From assembly GCA_035529375.1 (NCBI GenBank), contig DATKWU010000018.1, positions 47,956-111,955 on the forward strand: a DNA stretch of 64,000 nt. Direction: 5' to 3'. Under the pieces are notes generated by a model. It was not told where the DNA came from and ran no database searches. It worked only from the letters and a program-made list of their open reading frames with translations. This document shows, one piece after another, positions 1-9,037 of the stretch (position 1 is its first letter; the number at the start of each line of letters is the position of its first letter). Position numbers and translations under genes: made by a program. This stretch comes from Patescibacteria group bacterium. Its GTDB lineage: Bacteria > Patescibacteriota > Microgenomatia > PFEM01 > JAHIFH01.

Positions 1-661
1 TGTTCTCAATAAGACCATTAAATATCTCCTCCATATAATGTCTAAATTCTGTGACCTCTTTACCTTCTCTCTTTTTTTCTTTAACAGAATAAGGTACAGT
101 TATCCGATACCCTTTTCCATCCCAAGCAGTGTCGTGTTCAATAAATTGCGATAAAGGATTTTCGGCATCAATTCTATATAAACCTTTTGATTTTAATACC
201 CGCGCAACTTCGGAATAAACTTTTCTTACATCTGGAACATAAGCCATTGATGGAGCTTGAAACACCAGGTCAAAAGAATCACTTTTTAGCATAGATAAAT
301 CACCCATATCTGATTGGATCGTTTTAATTCTGTAACCATAGTGTTCAGCAGCTCTTTTATCACCTTCAAGCTGTCCTTCAGCTATATCTACTACAGTTAC
401 ATTAGCACCTAGTAGACCAAAAACTGCTGATTGCTGGCCACCGCCTGATGCAAGACATAAAATATCTTTACCTTCTACATTTGTAAGGATACTGACTGGA
501 AACATCTGATCAAGAGGCTTAGGAGGATTTTTAAGTTTGCCATCAGCATACTGTCTAACTATATCTGGATCTAAATCCAACCAAGGACGAGTAAAACCAT
601 TATCTTCCGCCACCATTTTCTCCCACCACTCCTTATTTGCTTGAATTTTTGGATCTTGCAT
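1..661 (-). CDS. Class I SAM-dependent methyltransferase; partial, C-terminus runs off the window edge
   Basis: Reverse-strand ORF starts at ATG 659-661 (MQDPKIQANKEWWEK...) and stays open to position 1. It has a glycine-rich SAM-binding motif I (DILCLASGGGQQSAVFGLLGANVTVVDIAEGQL) and an acidic motif II (VVDIAEG). A TATAAT box lies ~12 nt upstream on the minus strand (around 673-678). Confidence 0.6.
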   Translation of the reverse strand, partial: MQDPKIQANKEWWEKMVAEDNGFTRPWLDLDPDIVRQYADGKLKNPPKPLDQMFPVSILTNVEGKDILCLASGGGQQSAVFGLLGANVTVVDIAEGQLEGDKRAAEHYGYRIKTIQSDMGDLSMLKSDSFDLVFQAPSMAYVPDVRKVYSEVARVLKSKGLYRIDAENPLSQFIEHDTAWDGKGYRITVPYSVKEKKREGKEVTEFRHYMEEIFNGLIEN

Positions 662-850
662 ATCAACTAATTTGATTATAGCACTAGAAATTATTTATAA
701 CTTATCGGGGGAACTTTGGTAGCTATAATTCTCCCTAAATAATCCCTTTTGATAATTTCTCTTTCTTTTCTGGCTCTTGGAATAGCTACTTTGAAGTAAA
801 AATCAAATTGTGGGTTGGCGAAAAGTGCATCCCGACCTCTAAAGCCATTT

Positions 851-1501
851 TTAATGAAGAATATAATAACCGCTGGTTCTGGTACTTTGGATAATGTTTT
901 TCAAATCAAGGAATAAAGATTTCACCTGGTCAACAATTCCTAGAGTCCTGACCAATCTTTTTTCCTGAACCTCAAAATAAGAATCAGAGTAAATCCTTAA
1001 ACCCGATCCTGGAGGTGGTGGTGTGGTTCTAAAAGTGCCTCTTAACTCATAAACCTCACCTGGTTGCCAGTCACCACAATCATAACGACAGGCATTACTA
1101 ATTCGCTGACAAAATGATTCTTTGCTTGGCCCCAGTAAGCGAAGATTGCCTGATGACTGAGAGATAACCGTTGTCCCTGAATTACTAACCACCAAATCTC
1201 TTTTATGCTCACAACCACAGCAGGGATCATCAGACGGACATTCTTTTCTTTCACAAACCATATCTCCTTCGGTCACCCTCCCTTGAATCACTATAAATTT
1301 ATCTTGGTATTGAGCCTTATCTCTTGAAATCTCACTAGGAGAAACATAAACTGCGCTCAATTCTTCTTCTTCAACAACTGGTCGAATCCAACTCTGACCT
1401 AACCAGGTAGCGCTCAAAACCACCAAAATCGCTGGAATAATCAAAATAAACAAAATACTAAGACTAACTAAAAATTTCTTATCTTTTAAAAGATTCTTCA
1501 T
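851..1501 (-). CDS. Hypothetical membrane-anchored Cys-rich protein
   Basis: 216-aa ORF with an N-terminal TM helix (LVSLSILFILIIPAILVVLSATWL) and clustered cysteines (CERKECPSDDPCCGCEHK). Its stop abuts the start of the next gene (1501/1502). Confidence 0.4.
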   Translation of the reverse strand: MKNLLKDKKFLVSLSILFILIIPAILVVLSATWLGQSWIRPVVEEEELSAVYVSPSEISRDKAQYQDKFIVIQGRVTEGDMVCERKECPSDDPCCGCEHKRDLVVSNSGTTVISQSSGNLRLLGPSKESFCQRISNACRYDCGDWQPGEVYELRGTFRTTPPPPGSGLRIYSDSYFEVQEKRLVRTLGIVDQVKSLFLDLKNIIQSTRTSGYYILH

Positions 1502-2176
1502 TTATTTCAAAATTAATTTTATTCTACCAGAATCATAAAAGGCTTCATAGCCAGTCAAAGATTTTACCTGAACTCGATAAAGATTCTTTCCCTGCCAAAA
1601 ACTTAAAGAACCAGATTCCACTAAAGCAAAACTCTCACTAACAGCCGAAACCTCGCTTCCCTGAACGCCAACATTGTGGGTGACATCATAAAGCCTGGCA
1701 AAAGCCTGGCCATTGCCGTGCTGGACCCGGATAAAAGCCTCAAAGTAAGCCTTGTCAAGATTAGGATAATCACTTAAATCCAAATAAATCTCGGCATTAA
1801 CGACATCAGCCCAATCCCGACTGGTGGTTGAGCCGCCACCACCTAAAGGAATATAAATGACGGTTGGTTGAGAAGTTGAGCTGGTTGAAGAAGGAGTCAC
1901 TGGTGTTGGTGTGGTTGTTTCTTTTCCAGAAAGAGTCGCCCCCAATTCCGCCACTTTCTGACCAATTAGTTGTTGACAAATTGGGCCACAAGTATCAACG
2001 ACGGCGGTCACCGAACCATCTAAAGACGAACCTGTCTCCGCCGAAGTTAAAGGCGAAAGAGCTTTCTCTGATTGAGGCTTTTGAAAACGGAGCCAAAGAA
2101 CATCCAAAGCGACTAAATTAATCACGACCAAGCCCAAGAAAACGAGAAAGATGATGGGCAGGGTTCTTTCTTTCAT
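1502..2176 (-). CDS. Hypothetical membrane-anchored protein with S/T/P-rich linker
   Basis: 224-aa ORF with an N-terminal TM helix and a TTTPTPVTPSSTSSTSQPT linker. It is collinear and abutting the previous gene. Confidence 0.4.
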   Translation of the reverse strand: MKERTLPIIFLVFLGLVVINLVALDVLWLRFQKPQSEKALSPLTSAETGSSLDGSVTAVVDTCGPICQQLIGQKVAELGATLSGKETTTPTPVTPSSTSSTSQPTVIYIPLGGGGSTTSRDWADVVNAEIYLDLSDYPNLDKAYFEAFIRVQHGNGQAFARLYDVTHNVGVQGSEVSAVSESFALVESGSLSFWQGKNLYRVQVKSLTGYEAFYDSGRIKLILK

Positions 2177-2183
2177 AAAACTT

Positions 2184-3584
2184 TCATAAAACTGGTTTTA
2201 ACTTTATTCCTTTAGCGGTATCTTCCAGTTGCCAGCCTAGTTTTTTGATTGCTTGCCTTAGCTTATCGGCCTCTTGCCACTTTCCTTTTTTTCTTAACGC
2301 TTCCCTTTTCTTAACCAAAGCCTCCACTTTTTTAGGCGGTTTGGCTAACCGATAATCAGCTAAGCCTAAACCTAAAACTTGATCAAATTTTAACAGAGTC
2401 GCTTTTTTCTCCGCCTCCGGATAGTTTGATTTTAGCAAATCCCAGACAACGGCTAAAGCCCTGGGCATTTCTAAGTCATGATTAATTGCTTCTAAAAATT
2501 TCTTTTCAAATTCAGGAATGGTTTTTTTGCCAACTGGCCAGGCCACTATTTGCTGACGTAATTTATTAAGGGCTTTTTCCGCCCCAGTCAAAGATTTCCA
2601 GGTAAAATTAAAGTTCTTCCGATAATGAACTGTCAAACACAAATAACGAAAAGCTAAGGGGTCATAACCCTTATCAATTAAATCCTGAATTAAATAAACA
2701 TTGCCTTTAGATTTACTCATCTTGACCCCACCAACCAAGTTATGACGAATATGGAGCCAATAGCGAACGAATTTCTTGTCGGTGGCTGCTTCTGATTGGG
2801 CAATTTCATTCTCATGATGAGGAAAAATATTATCTTCACCCCCAGTATGAATATCCAGAGTCGGACCTAAATACTTCATGGACATCGCTGAACACTCCAA
2901 ATGCCAACCAGGATAACCTGTTCCCCAGGGCGAATCCCAATGCATTAAATGTTTTGGGTCTTTAATCCATAAAGCAAAATCAAAAGGATTCTTTTTTCCA
3001 GGGACGGCTTCCAACCTCGCCCCTGATTGAAGTTCATCTAACTTCTTTCCAGAAAGCTGGCCGTAATTTTTAAACTTGGCAATATCATAAACAAAATATT
3101 TATCCCCAGCCCAATAGGCATAACCTTTTTTCTCCAGTTTCTTAACCAACTCAATCATCTCCTTAATGTGATCAGTCGCTTTGGGCGCAACATTAGGTTG
3201 AAGAAGGTTTAATCTCTCCGTATCTTTAAAAAAAGCCTGGGTGTAAAAAACAGCGATTTGTTCAGGCGTTTTCCTCTCTCTTTTAACGGCTACTTCCATC
3301 CTGTCAAGGCCAGTATCCGCGGCTAAATCGTCTTCAGTCAAATGACCAACATCAGTAATATTCATCACCTGTTTGACCTGATAACCGTTATATTCCAAAG
3401 TTCTCCGCAAAAAATCAGAGATAAGATAACGCCACATATTGCCAATATGGGCATACCAATAAACCGTTGGTCCACAGTCATACTGACGGACAAAGTCCGA
3501 CTTCAAGGGTTTAAATTCTTCAATCTTTTTACTTAAAGTGTTGTAAAGCTTAATTTTCATTTTAAATTCCCCCTTTAATCTCAC
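2184..3584 (-). CDS. cysS: Cysteine--tRNA ligase
   Basis: Class I aaRS HIGH-like motif (AHIGN), KMSKS motif and the CysRS-specific FPHHENEIAQSEA segment. Length 466 aa. Confidence 0.9.
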   Translation of the reverse strand: MRLKGEFKMKIKLYNTLSKKIEEFKPLKSDFVRQYDCGPTVYWYAHIGNMWRYLISDFLRRTLEYNGYQVKQVMNITDVGHLTEDDLAADTGLDRMEVAVKRERKTPEQIAVFYTQAFFKDTERLNLLQPNVAPKATDHIKEMIELVKKLEKKGYAYWAGDKYFVYDIAKFKNYGQLSGKKLDELQSGARLEAVPGKKNPFDFALWIKDPKHLMHWDSPWGTGYPGWHLECSAMSMKYLGPTLDIHTGGEDNIFPHHENEIAQSEAATDKKFVRYWLHIRHNLVGGVKMSKSKGNVYLIQDLIDKGYDPLAFRYLCLTVHYRKNFNFTWKSLTGAEKALNKLRQQIVAWPVGKKTIPEFEKKFLEAINHDLEMPRALAVVWDLLKSNYPEAEKKATLLKFDQVLGLGLADYRLAKPPKKVEALVKKREALRKKGKWQEADKLRQAIKKLGWQLEDTAKGIKLKPVL

Positions 3585-4017
3585 CGGTTCCCTGGCTCTT
3601 TCTCACCCTTAAAGGTAAAAAGGCTGAACCTCGCGCTGTCCGACTCGGTGTTTCCGGTAAAGGTTTTTCTTTTTTGGCTGTCTCTATTAGTTCTTTTTGT
3701 TTTTCCTGTTTTTCAATTTCCTCTTGAGAAATAACAGCCTCTCTAGGTCTACTAGCCAAATCTCTTTTCCTTTGACGCCAGAAAGCTAATTCTTTTTCTT
3801 GCTTTTTCTCAGATTCAGTTTTCTTTTTTCTAATCACTTCTTGAGAAACGGAAGGTTCTAAATTTTCACCCCAGCCTTTTGGTAAAATACCTATTTGTTT
3901 AGCCGCCGTTTCTAAGATTTTACCAGGTTGTTTCAGCCCTTCTTTAAGAATCTCTTCACCTAAATCTCTTGCTTGTTGAGCTGCTTGTCTGGCCAAATCC
4001 CGAGTAAATTTAGGCAT
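3562..4017 (-). CDS. Hypothetical K/E-rich protein
   Basis: 151-aa low-complexity charged ORF. Its 3' end overlaps the cysS start by ~23 nt. Confidence 0.35.
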   Translation of the reverse strand: MPKFTRDLARQAAQQARDLGEEILKEGLKQPGKILETAAKQIGILPKGWGENLEPSVSQEVIRKKKTESEKKQEKELAFWRQRKRDLASRPREAVISQEEIEKQEKQKELIETAKKEKPLPETPSRTARGSAFLPLRVRKSQGTGEIKGGI

Positions 4018-4078
4018 CTTGAATTAATTCTAACATAAATTAGTTTAATCTTGTTAGAACTGCTATAATAAAATCAAG

Positions 4079-4100
4079 CTGCCTGGTTGGCAGTTTTTTT
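4079..4100 (+). terminator. Terminator-like hairpin (CTGCC-tggtt-GGCAG) followed by T7 run, 7 nt upstream of the 4107 ATG
   Basis: Seen directly in sequence. Its location between divergent genes and inside the putative 5'-UTR suggests an attenuator or leader structure rather than an end-of-operon terminator. Confidence 0.4.
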
Positions 4101-4106
4101 AGATAA

Positions 4107-5459
4107 ATGAGAGATATTGATTTTGGACCCCAAGAAATTCCTAACCAAAATAACCAAGGAGAAACTCAACCCTCCAGAGATGTAGACAAGCGTCTTTTAG
4201 TAAGCTCTTATGAGATTTTTAAGAAATTTAAGGAATTACCTCACAGGTTTGCTTGGCCAAGAAGTTTAGAAAGAGGTCTTAAAGGAGAAGTTTATGAGTA
4301 TCTCCAAGATTTTTGTGATGTCATGAACTTAGCTTCCGAAAGTGATCTGGGAGCTTTCCCACGATTTCATCAAGAAAGAGTTCAATTTTTAAATAAACTT
4401 GCAGATCATATAAAAAGGAGGCGAAGATATCGACTTCTTAACGATTTTACTGAAAGAGTATCAGTCTTATCAGATCTTTATCCTGAAATAGCTAGCATTG
4501 TAACCATGGGGAATTTTGACCTCTACCTTCTTCTTTGTGATGAAGATCAGATTTTAGCTGGATCTAAGAATGGTCTTTGGTATAAGGAAATTAATCTCGA
4601 AAACCATTCGCCAGAAGAAAAAGAATCTACTTGGGAATCAATTGTACTTCAAATGAGCGCTTTTTTTCGAGGTTTAGGTAGATCAGCTATTGAGCTTGTT
4701 CCTGACCATTTTATTACCAGAGAAGACCTTAAGGAACTTAATCTACCTCAACCAGCCAAATCAATTGAAGAACTTTTAGAAGAAGCTTACTACCGCCAAA
4801 GATACACGGTTTCGCCTGAAGGGGCTGAAGTCCGCCTTCAAAACGCTGGTGACCTTAAAACAATAGTCGTTAAACAAATAGGTAATATGATTATGGCCAA
4901 AGCCGTTACCACTCTAGGAGAAGCGTTGGTTATTGTTGATCTTGATCGAGCGACAGCTATTTCACCGGAAATCATTGTTAAAAAAGAACCAGTTTTAGCT
5001 AATATCCTGGCTGAAGTTTATCGTGACTTAGTCGTTGCTGTCGAAATCCCCAGTTCTGGCAAAAAAAGAAAAAGAGCTTCAGTAGGAATTCCAACTGAAG
5101 AAAGAACTCCAAGAGAACCAACTTATATTTATATCCCCAGAAAAAGATGGGTAAGAGGCGAAGAAACAGAAATGCCAATTCGGACTCCCTATGAAGGACC
5201 TCGAAGACCAAGGCAGTTTCACGAAGTTACTGGCCATAAGCGTCACGTCAACATGACCGAAGCACACCGTTTGGCCTTAATAGAATATGAAGAAGAAACC
5301 GGTCTGAGAATTTTAGATTTCCTTCCTGAGGGTTGCACTTTCGTTCGTCGCCACTTCAGAGGTGGTACAGAAGCAGACATCAAAAACCTTCCTACTTTTA
5401 TTAAAATAAAAATCCAAACCAAATTAGAAGAAAGTCTAAACCTTCCAGATCTTCAATAA
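4107..5459 (+). CDS. Hypothetical protein (450 aa), Arg/Lys-rich C-terminal region
   Basis: Long intact ORF with no recognisable motifs and no canonical SD. A possible -10 TATAAT lies at about 4063-4068. Confidence 0.5.
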   Translation: MRDIDFGPQEIPNQNNQGETQPSRDVDKRLLVSSYEIFKKFKELPHRFAWPRSLERGLKGEVYEYLQDFCDVMNLASESDLGAFPRFHQERVQFLNKLADHIKRRRRYRLLNDFTERVSVLSDLYPEIASIVTMGNFDLYLLLCDEDQILAGSKNGLWYKEINLENHSPEEKESTWESIVLQMSAFFRGLGRSAIELVPDHFITREDLKELNLPQPAKSIEELLEEAYYRQRYTVSPEGAEVRLQNAGDLKTIVVKQIGNMIMAKAVTTLGEALVIVDLDRATAISPEIIVKKEPVLANILAEVYRDLVVAVEIPSSGKKRKRASVGIPTEERTPREPTYIYIPRKRWVRGEETEMPIRTPYEGPRRPRQFHEVTGHKRHVNMTEAHRLALIEYEEETGLRILDFLPEGCTFVRRHFRGGTEADIKNLPTFIKIKIQTKLEESLNLPDLQ

Positions 5460-5529
5460 ACGGCTCTTGACAAAGATGAAAACTATCCTTAATCTGAAAA
5501 TAGTTAAAAATTTTCACAAAGGAGAAAAA

Positions 5530-5709
5530 ATGACAGAAGATACTAAAAAAGAAGTAGGTACTGAAGAAAGCTTAAGAGAAAGAACAAAAAGAACAAGTTC
5601 TATGCCCGCTTATTTTAGGGCAGGAGCATTTTCTTCTGTTGACTTAAAGAACGCGCCAGAAAACCTTCCCCCCTTTATGCCTAAGGATTGGGCGAAGGTC
5701 AGCAGCTAA
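5530..5709 (+). CDS. Small hypothetical protein (59 aa)
   Basis: The internal ATG at 5530 is preceded by an AAGGAG SD. The longer ORF from 5467 lacks an SD. Confidence 0.3.
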   Translation: MTEDTKKEVGTEESLRERTKRTSSMPAYFRAGAFSSVDLKNAPENLPPFMPKDWAKVSS

Positions 5710-5712
5710 AGT

Positions 5713-6309
5713 TTAATACTTTCTCCTACCTTCAATCGCTCGAGATAAGGTAACCTCATCAGCGTACTCTAAATCAGCCCCAACCGGTAAACCATGAGCT
5801 AAACGAGTCACCTTAATTTCCAAAGGTTCAATTAATTTGGCAACATACATGGCCGTGGCCTCACCTTCCATATTAGGATTGGTGGCCAGAATCACTTCTT
5901 TTACTCCTCCATCTTTTAAACGAGGCAATAATTCCCGGATATGGAGTTCGTCCGGACCAATATTATTTAAAGGTGAAATAGCGCCATGAAGAACATGATA
6001 AACGCCTTTGTATTCACCAGTCTTTTCCAAAGCCAAAATATCCAAAGGCTGTTCAACTACACAAATAAGGGACTTGTCCCGATTCTGACTAGAACAAATG
6101 GGACAAGGATCAACTTCAGCAATATTCAAACAAATTGAACAAAGAACCGTGTTTTTCTTCAAAGTCTCTAAGGACTCAGCAAAATCATCTAACTGTTTTT
6201 GAGGAACATGAAATAGATAAAAAGTTAACCTCTGGGCTGTCTTTGGCCCAATCCCTGGTAATTTTTCAAAAGACTCAATTAATTTTCGGACTGGCTTGGG
6301 AAGATTCAT
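5713..6309 (-). CDS. recR: Recombination protein RecR
   Basis: HhH motif (LPGIGPKTAQRL), C4 zinc finger (CSICLN...CPICS) and Toprim domain (VILATNPNMEGEATAMY). The start is set at the MNLPKP methionine. The 36-aa hydrophobic N-extension up to 6417 is unlikely to be real. Confidence 0.85.
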   Translation of the reverse strand: MNLPKPVRKLIESFEKLPGIGPKTAQRLTFYLFHVPQKQLDDFAESLETLKKNTVLCSICLNIAEVDPCPICSSQNRDKSLICVVEQPLDILALEKTGEYKGVYHVLHGAISPLNNIGPDELHIRELLPRLKDGGVKEVILATNPNMEGEATAMYVAKLIEPLEIKVTRLAHGLPVGADLEYADEVTLSRAIEGRRKY

Positions 6310-6436
6310 CAGAGAAATTATAACAAAATAAACTAAGAAACCAAATAATCCTATAAGATTGACTGTTGAATAAAAATCACTTATAATGCCTTTCAAATTG
6401 GCCTGATACACCATCATAAGGAAATGAAGGGAGAAG

Positions 6437-6718
6437 ATGATGGCAAAAATCTACGTCCAAATCCATGGGCCTAGGCCCCTGGACAGTATCAGCCAGGCAG
6501 TGCATGAGATCATCAAAAAAAGCCAAGGAGAGGCTTCGGTTGAGACTCAAGCATTTGAGCCAACTCTGAAGATCGGAAATACAGACGAGAGAGTCATCGA
6601 GGTAACCATCTTCAGAGATAAAGCTCTGCCAGAGGGTTCTATTATGGAAGCCATAGAGAATATCAGGAAACAAAGGTTTCCACGAACCCAGATCTTCATC
6701 AGCTTCAGACAGAGCTGA
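6437..6718 (+). CDS. Hypothetical small protein (93 aa) in a locally GC-elevated patch
   Basis: A GGGAGA SD-like sequence lies upstream of ATGATG. Composition is ~47% GC versus ~37% in the flanks. It sits between ybaB and recR on the opposite strand. Confidence 0.3.
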   Translation: MMAKIYVQIHGPRPLDSISQAVHEIIKKSQGEASVETQAFEPTLKIGNTDERVIEVTIFRDKALPEGSIMEAIENIRKQRFPRTQIFISFRQS

Positions 6719-6806
6719 TGAAGAAAAAGCTAGGCGGTAGCGAACATTGTGATTCCCTCCTCCGGGAAAACCACAACAATCGCTGCCGCCTATTCAAACT
6801 TTTCCC

Positions 6807-6834
6807 ATAAAAAATTCGCCCAAAAAAAGGCGAA
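6807..6834 (-). terminator. Rho-independent terminator downstream of ybaB (minus strand)
   Basis: Hairpin TTCGCC-loop-GGCGAA followed on the minus strand by TTTTTTAT. Confidence 0.5.
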
Positions 6835-6863
6835 TAAAATTCAAAAAAATAATAATCTTTTCT

Positions 6864-7148
6864 TTACTTCCCTAACAAACCACCTAGTCCCCCACCCATT
6901 TGCTGTAGTTTTTGGGCGGCCACTTCTTGAGACTTTTTAATCGCTTCGTTTAAAACTTCAATCAAATCGTCTTTTTTTTCTCCCTTAATTTCAACGGTTT
7001 GGATTTTTTGATCACCGGTAATCACCACTTTAATACCCTTATCCTCAACCTCAATCTCTTCAGCCGCCAATTCCCGTTGAATGGCCATCGCCTGATCGCG
7101 CATCTTCTTCAACTCTCTCATTTGTTGAAATGAATCAGTAATTCCCAT
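6864..7148 (-). CDS. ybaB: Nucleoid-associated protein YbaB/EbfC
   Basis: 94 aa with a conserved YbaB core (MRELKKMRDQAMAIQRELAAEEIEVEDKGIKVVITGDQKI). It sits in the canonical dnaX-ybaB-recR arrangement. Confidence 0.85.
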   Translation of the reverse strand: MGITDSFQQMRELKKMRDQAMAIQRELAAEEIEVEDKGIKVVITGDQKIQTVEIKGEKKDDLIEVLNEAIKKSQEVAAQKLQQMGGGLGGLLGK

Positions 7149-7180
7149 TGAGAAAAGAATAACGAATTAAGAAAGCTTTG

Positions 7181-8644
7181 TCAATTAGCCCGAGTACCAA
7201 AAATTTCTTCCGCCACCTGGAAAACATCTGGTTCTGATTTTTCTTCTTTAACTATTTCCTCTTTCTGACCCAAAACACAACGCAGTTTAAGTGGTTTGTT
7301 GGCCACTTCACTGACCACCTCTTCGACCACAGACCGACATTTATCTGTTTCCAATCTTTCTTTATGAAATTTATAAAAGACTTCGAGGATTAAAATACTA
7401 CCCTGGACGCTGGATGGTCGACTTGCTTTTAAAAGAGCTTCGACCGAATGATTAAGTGGCCTGACACTATCAAGAACTTCTTGCCAATGATTTTCGATTT
7501 CCTTAAACAATTCACTATCCTGACGACTAGACTGTTTATTAATCACTGGTTGTTCTTCAATTTTCTTTGTTTCCCCAATGATTTCTTTCTGCTCATCTCC
7601 CAACCACTCGACCACCACTAATTCTAAAGGTAATTGAGGAATAGGATTAGTTTTTAAGTCATTAATCGCTTGAGAAAAAAGGCGAATTAGACTAGTTAAT
7701 TCTCTAATATTAAAACCCCTGACTTCCTCAGGCGAACTAATTTCAGTTAAGCCAGCCTGGGATAACAAACCCAAACGAAGTTTGTCCAAAACTTCTCGGC
7801 AATATTGAGACAAATCAGCCCCTAAAGAAACAATCCGATCAATTTCTAAAAGAGAGCTTTTTAAATTTTTTTCAGCCAAAAGTTGTAATAACTTACCCGG
7901 CGCTGTGGCTTCGACTCTACCTAAAAGTTCCTTTGTTTTCTCTAGACTAATTTTCTTTTTTTCCATAGCCAACTGGTCAAGAATCTTTTGGGCATCCCGA
8001 AAACTACCATCAGTTGACTTAGCGATTTCCTCCAAAACCCCTTTTTCTACTTTAAGTTTTTCTCCTTTGATGACCCTCTCTAAGGACCGAAAAATTTCAT
8101 CCTCAACCGCTTTCTTAAAATTTAAACGGAGACAACGAGAAATAATCGTGTCCGGTAATTTCTCTGGCGCGGTCGTACAAAGAATAAAAACCGCGTGTTC
8201 CGGCGGTTCTTCTAAAGTTTTCAACAAGGCATTAAAAGCCTCTTTGGTCAACATATGAACTTCATCAACGATATAGACCTTGTAACGACACTCGCTGGGA
8301 GAAAATTTAATTTTATCCCGCAACTCCCGAACATCATCAATCCCTCGATTCGAAGCAGCATCAATTTCAATTAAGTCAATCGCCCGGCCTTCGGTAATTG
8401 ACTGACAAATTTGACAACGATTACAGGGCTCGTGATCTTTTTTCTTACCAATACAATTAATCGCTTTGGCCATGACCCTGGCCGCTGAAGTCTTCCCAAT
8501 CCCCCTGGGTCCAGAAAAAAGCAAGGCATGAGGAATTTTTTTGGACTTCAAAACTTTGGTTAGAGTTTCGCGGACGTCAGTTAAATCAAGTTCGGAGATT
8601 TTTTGAGGACGATATTTGAGATAATAAACTCTGTTGTCTTTCAT
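7181..8644 (-). CDS. dnaX: DNA polymerase III subunit gamma/tau
   Basis: KYRPQ motif, Walker A (GPRGIGKTS), Zn module (CNRCQICQS), DEVHML box and SRC motif. Confidence 0.9.
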   Translation of the reverse strand: MKDNRVYYLKYRPQKISELDLTDVRETLTKVLKSKKIPHALLFSGPRGIGKTSAARVMAKAINCIGKKKDHEPCNRCQICQSITEGRAIDLIEIDAASNRGIDDVRELRDKIKFSPSECRYKVYIVDEVHMLTKEAFNALLKTLEEPPEHAVFILCTTAPEKLPDTIISRCLRLNFKKAVEDEIFRSLERVIKGEKLKVEKGVLEEIAKSTDGSFRDAQKILDQLAMEKKKISLEKTKELLGRVEATAPGKLLQLLAEKNLKSSLLEIDRIVSLGADLSQYCREVLDKLRLGLLSQAGLTEISSPEEVRGFNIRELTSLIRLFSQAINDLKTNPIPQLPLELVVVEWLGDEQKEIIGETKKIEEQPVINKQSSRQDSELFKEIENHWQEVLDSVRPLNHSVEALLKASRPSSVQGSILILEVFYKFHKERLETDKCRSVVEEVVSEVANKPLKLRCVLGQKEEIVKEEKSEPDVFQVAEEIFGTRAN

Positions 8645-8999
8645 TAGCTTTGATTAGATTCTTTAATCCATGAACCAATAATTCTTCAAGAGAATAACCT
8701 TTTTTTTCGGCTTCTTCTAAACAAATAACAAGATCGCCTAAAATCTTTAATTTTCTAGGGGACTCTGGAAAAGCCTGCCCCTCATTTTTCTCCTGCTGGG
8801 AAAAAGTCAAAACCGTGGTCACCTGATCAATCTCTCGATATTGTCTATTCAATCGCCGCATTATTTGCCCTTTAACAAAGATCAAACTGACTTCAACATT
8901 GTCAATCTTTTCTTTTTCTAAGAATGACTTGATTATCTTTTGGGCCTTATTGTTCTGTGCAGGAGAGCGATTTACTGGCTTTATTAAAACGGAAATCAT
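8586..8999 (-). CDS. ybeY: YbeY-like (UPF0054) endoribonuclease homolog lacking two of three zinc-ligand histidines
   Basis: The protein aligns to the YbeY core (ILGDLVICLEEAEKKGYSLEELLVHGLKNLIKANE versus LGDLVIC...HGSLHLLGYDH). The His-x3-His-x5-His motif reads HGLKNLIKANE. The 3' end overlaps dnaX by 59 nt. Confidence 0.6.
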   Translation of the reverse strand: MISVLIKPVNRSPAQNNKAQKIIKSFLEKEKIDNVEVSLIFVKGQIMRRLNRQYREIDQVTTVLTFSQQEKNEGQAFPESPRKLKILGDLVICLEEAEKKGYSLEELLVHGLKNLIKANERQQSLLSQISSSKNLRT

Positions 9000-9037
9000 T
9001 CAAAGCTGTCAACTATTAATAAACATATCAGAGGGTA

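Noticed and set aside
5713-6417. Long form of RecR starting at 6417 with a 36-aa hydrophobic N-extension
   Set aside because: Canonical RecR begins at the HhH segment. The internal Met (MNLPKP...) at 6309 gives a typical ~198-aa RecR, and the extension has no homology.
6377-6673. Minus-strand 98-aa ORF overlapping the 6437..6718 plus-strand ORF
   Set aside because: The two overlap almost entirely. The plus-strand ORF has an SD-like sequence. The minus one probably arises from the locally GC-rich, stop-poor composition.
8586-8700. Frameshift as explanation for the missing His residues in the YbeY-like protein
   Set aside because: All three forward frames of the minus strand were translated by hand. 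The motif aligns residue-for-residue without gaps (VHGLKNLIKANE versus VHGSLHLLGYDH) and no frame restores HxxxH.
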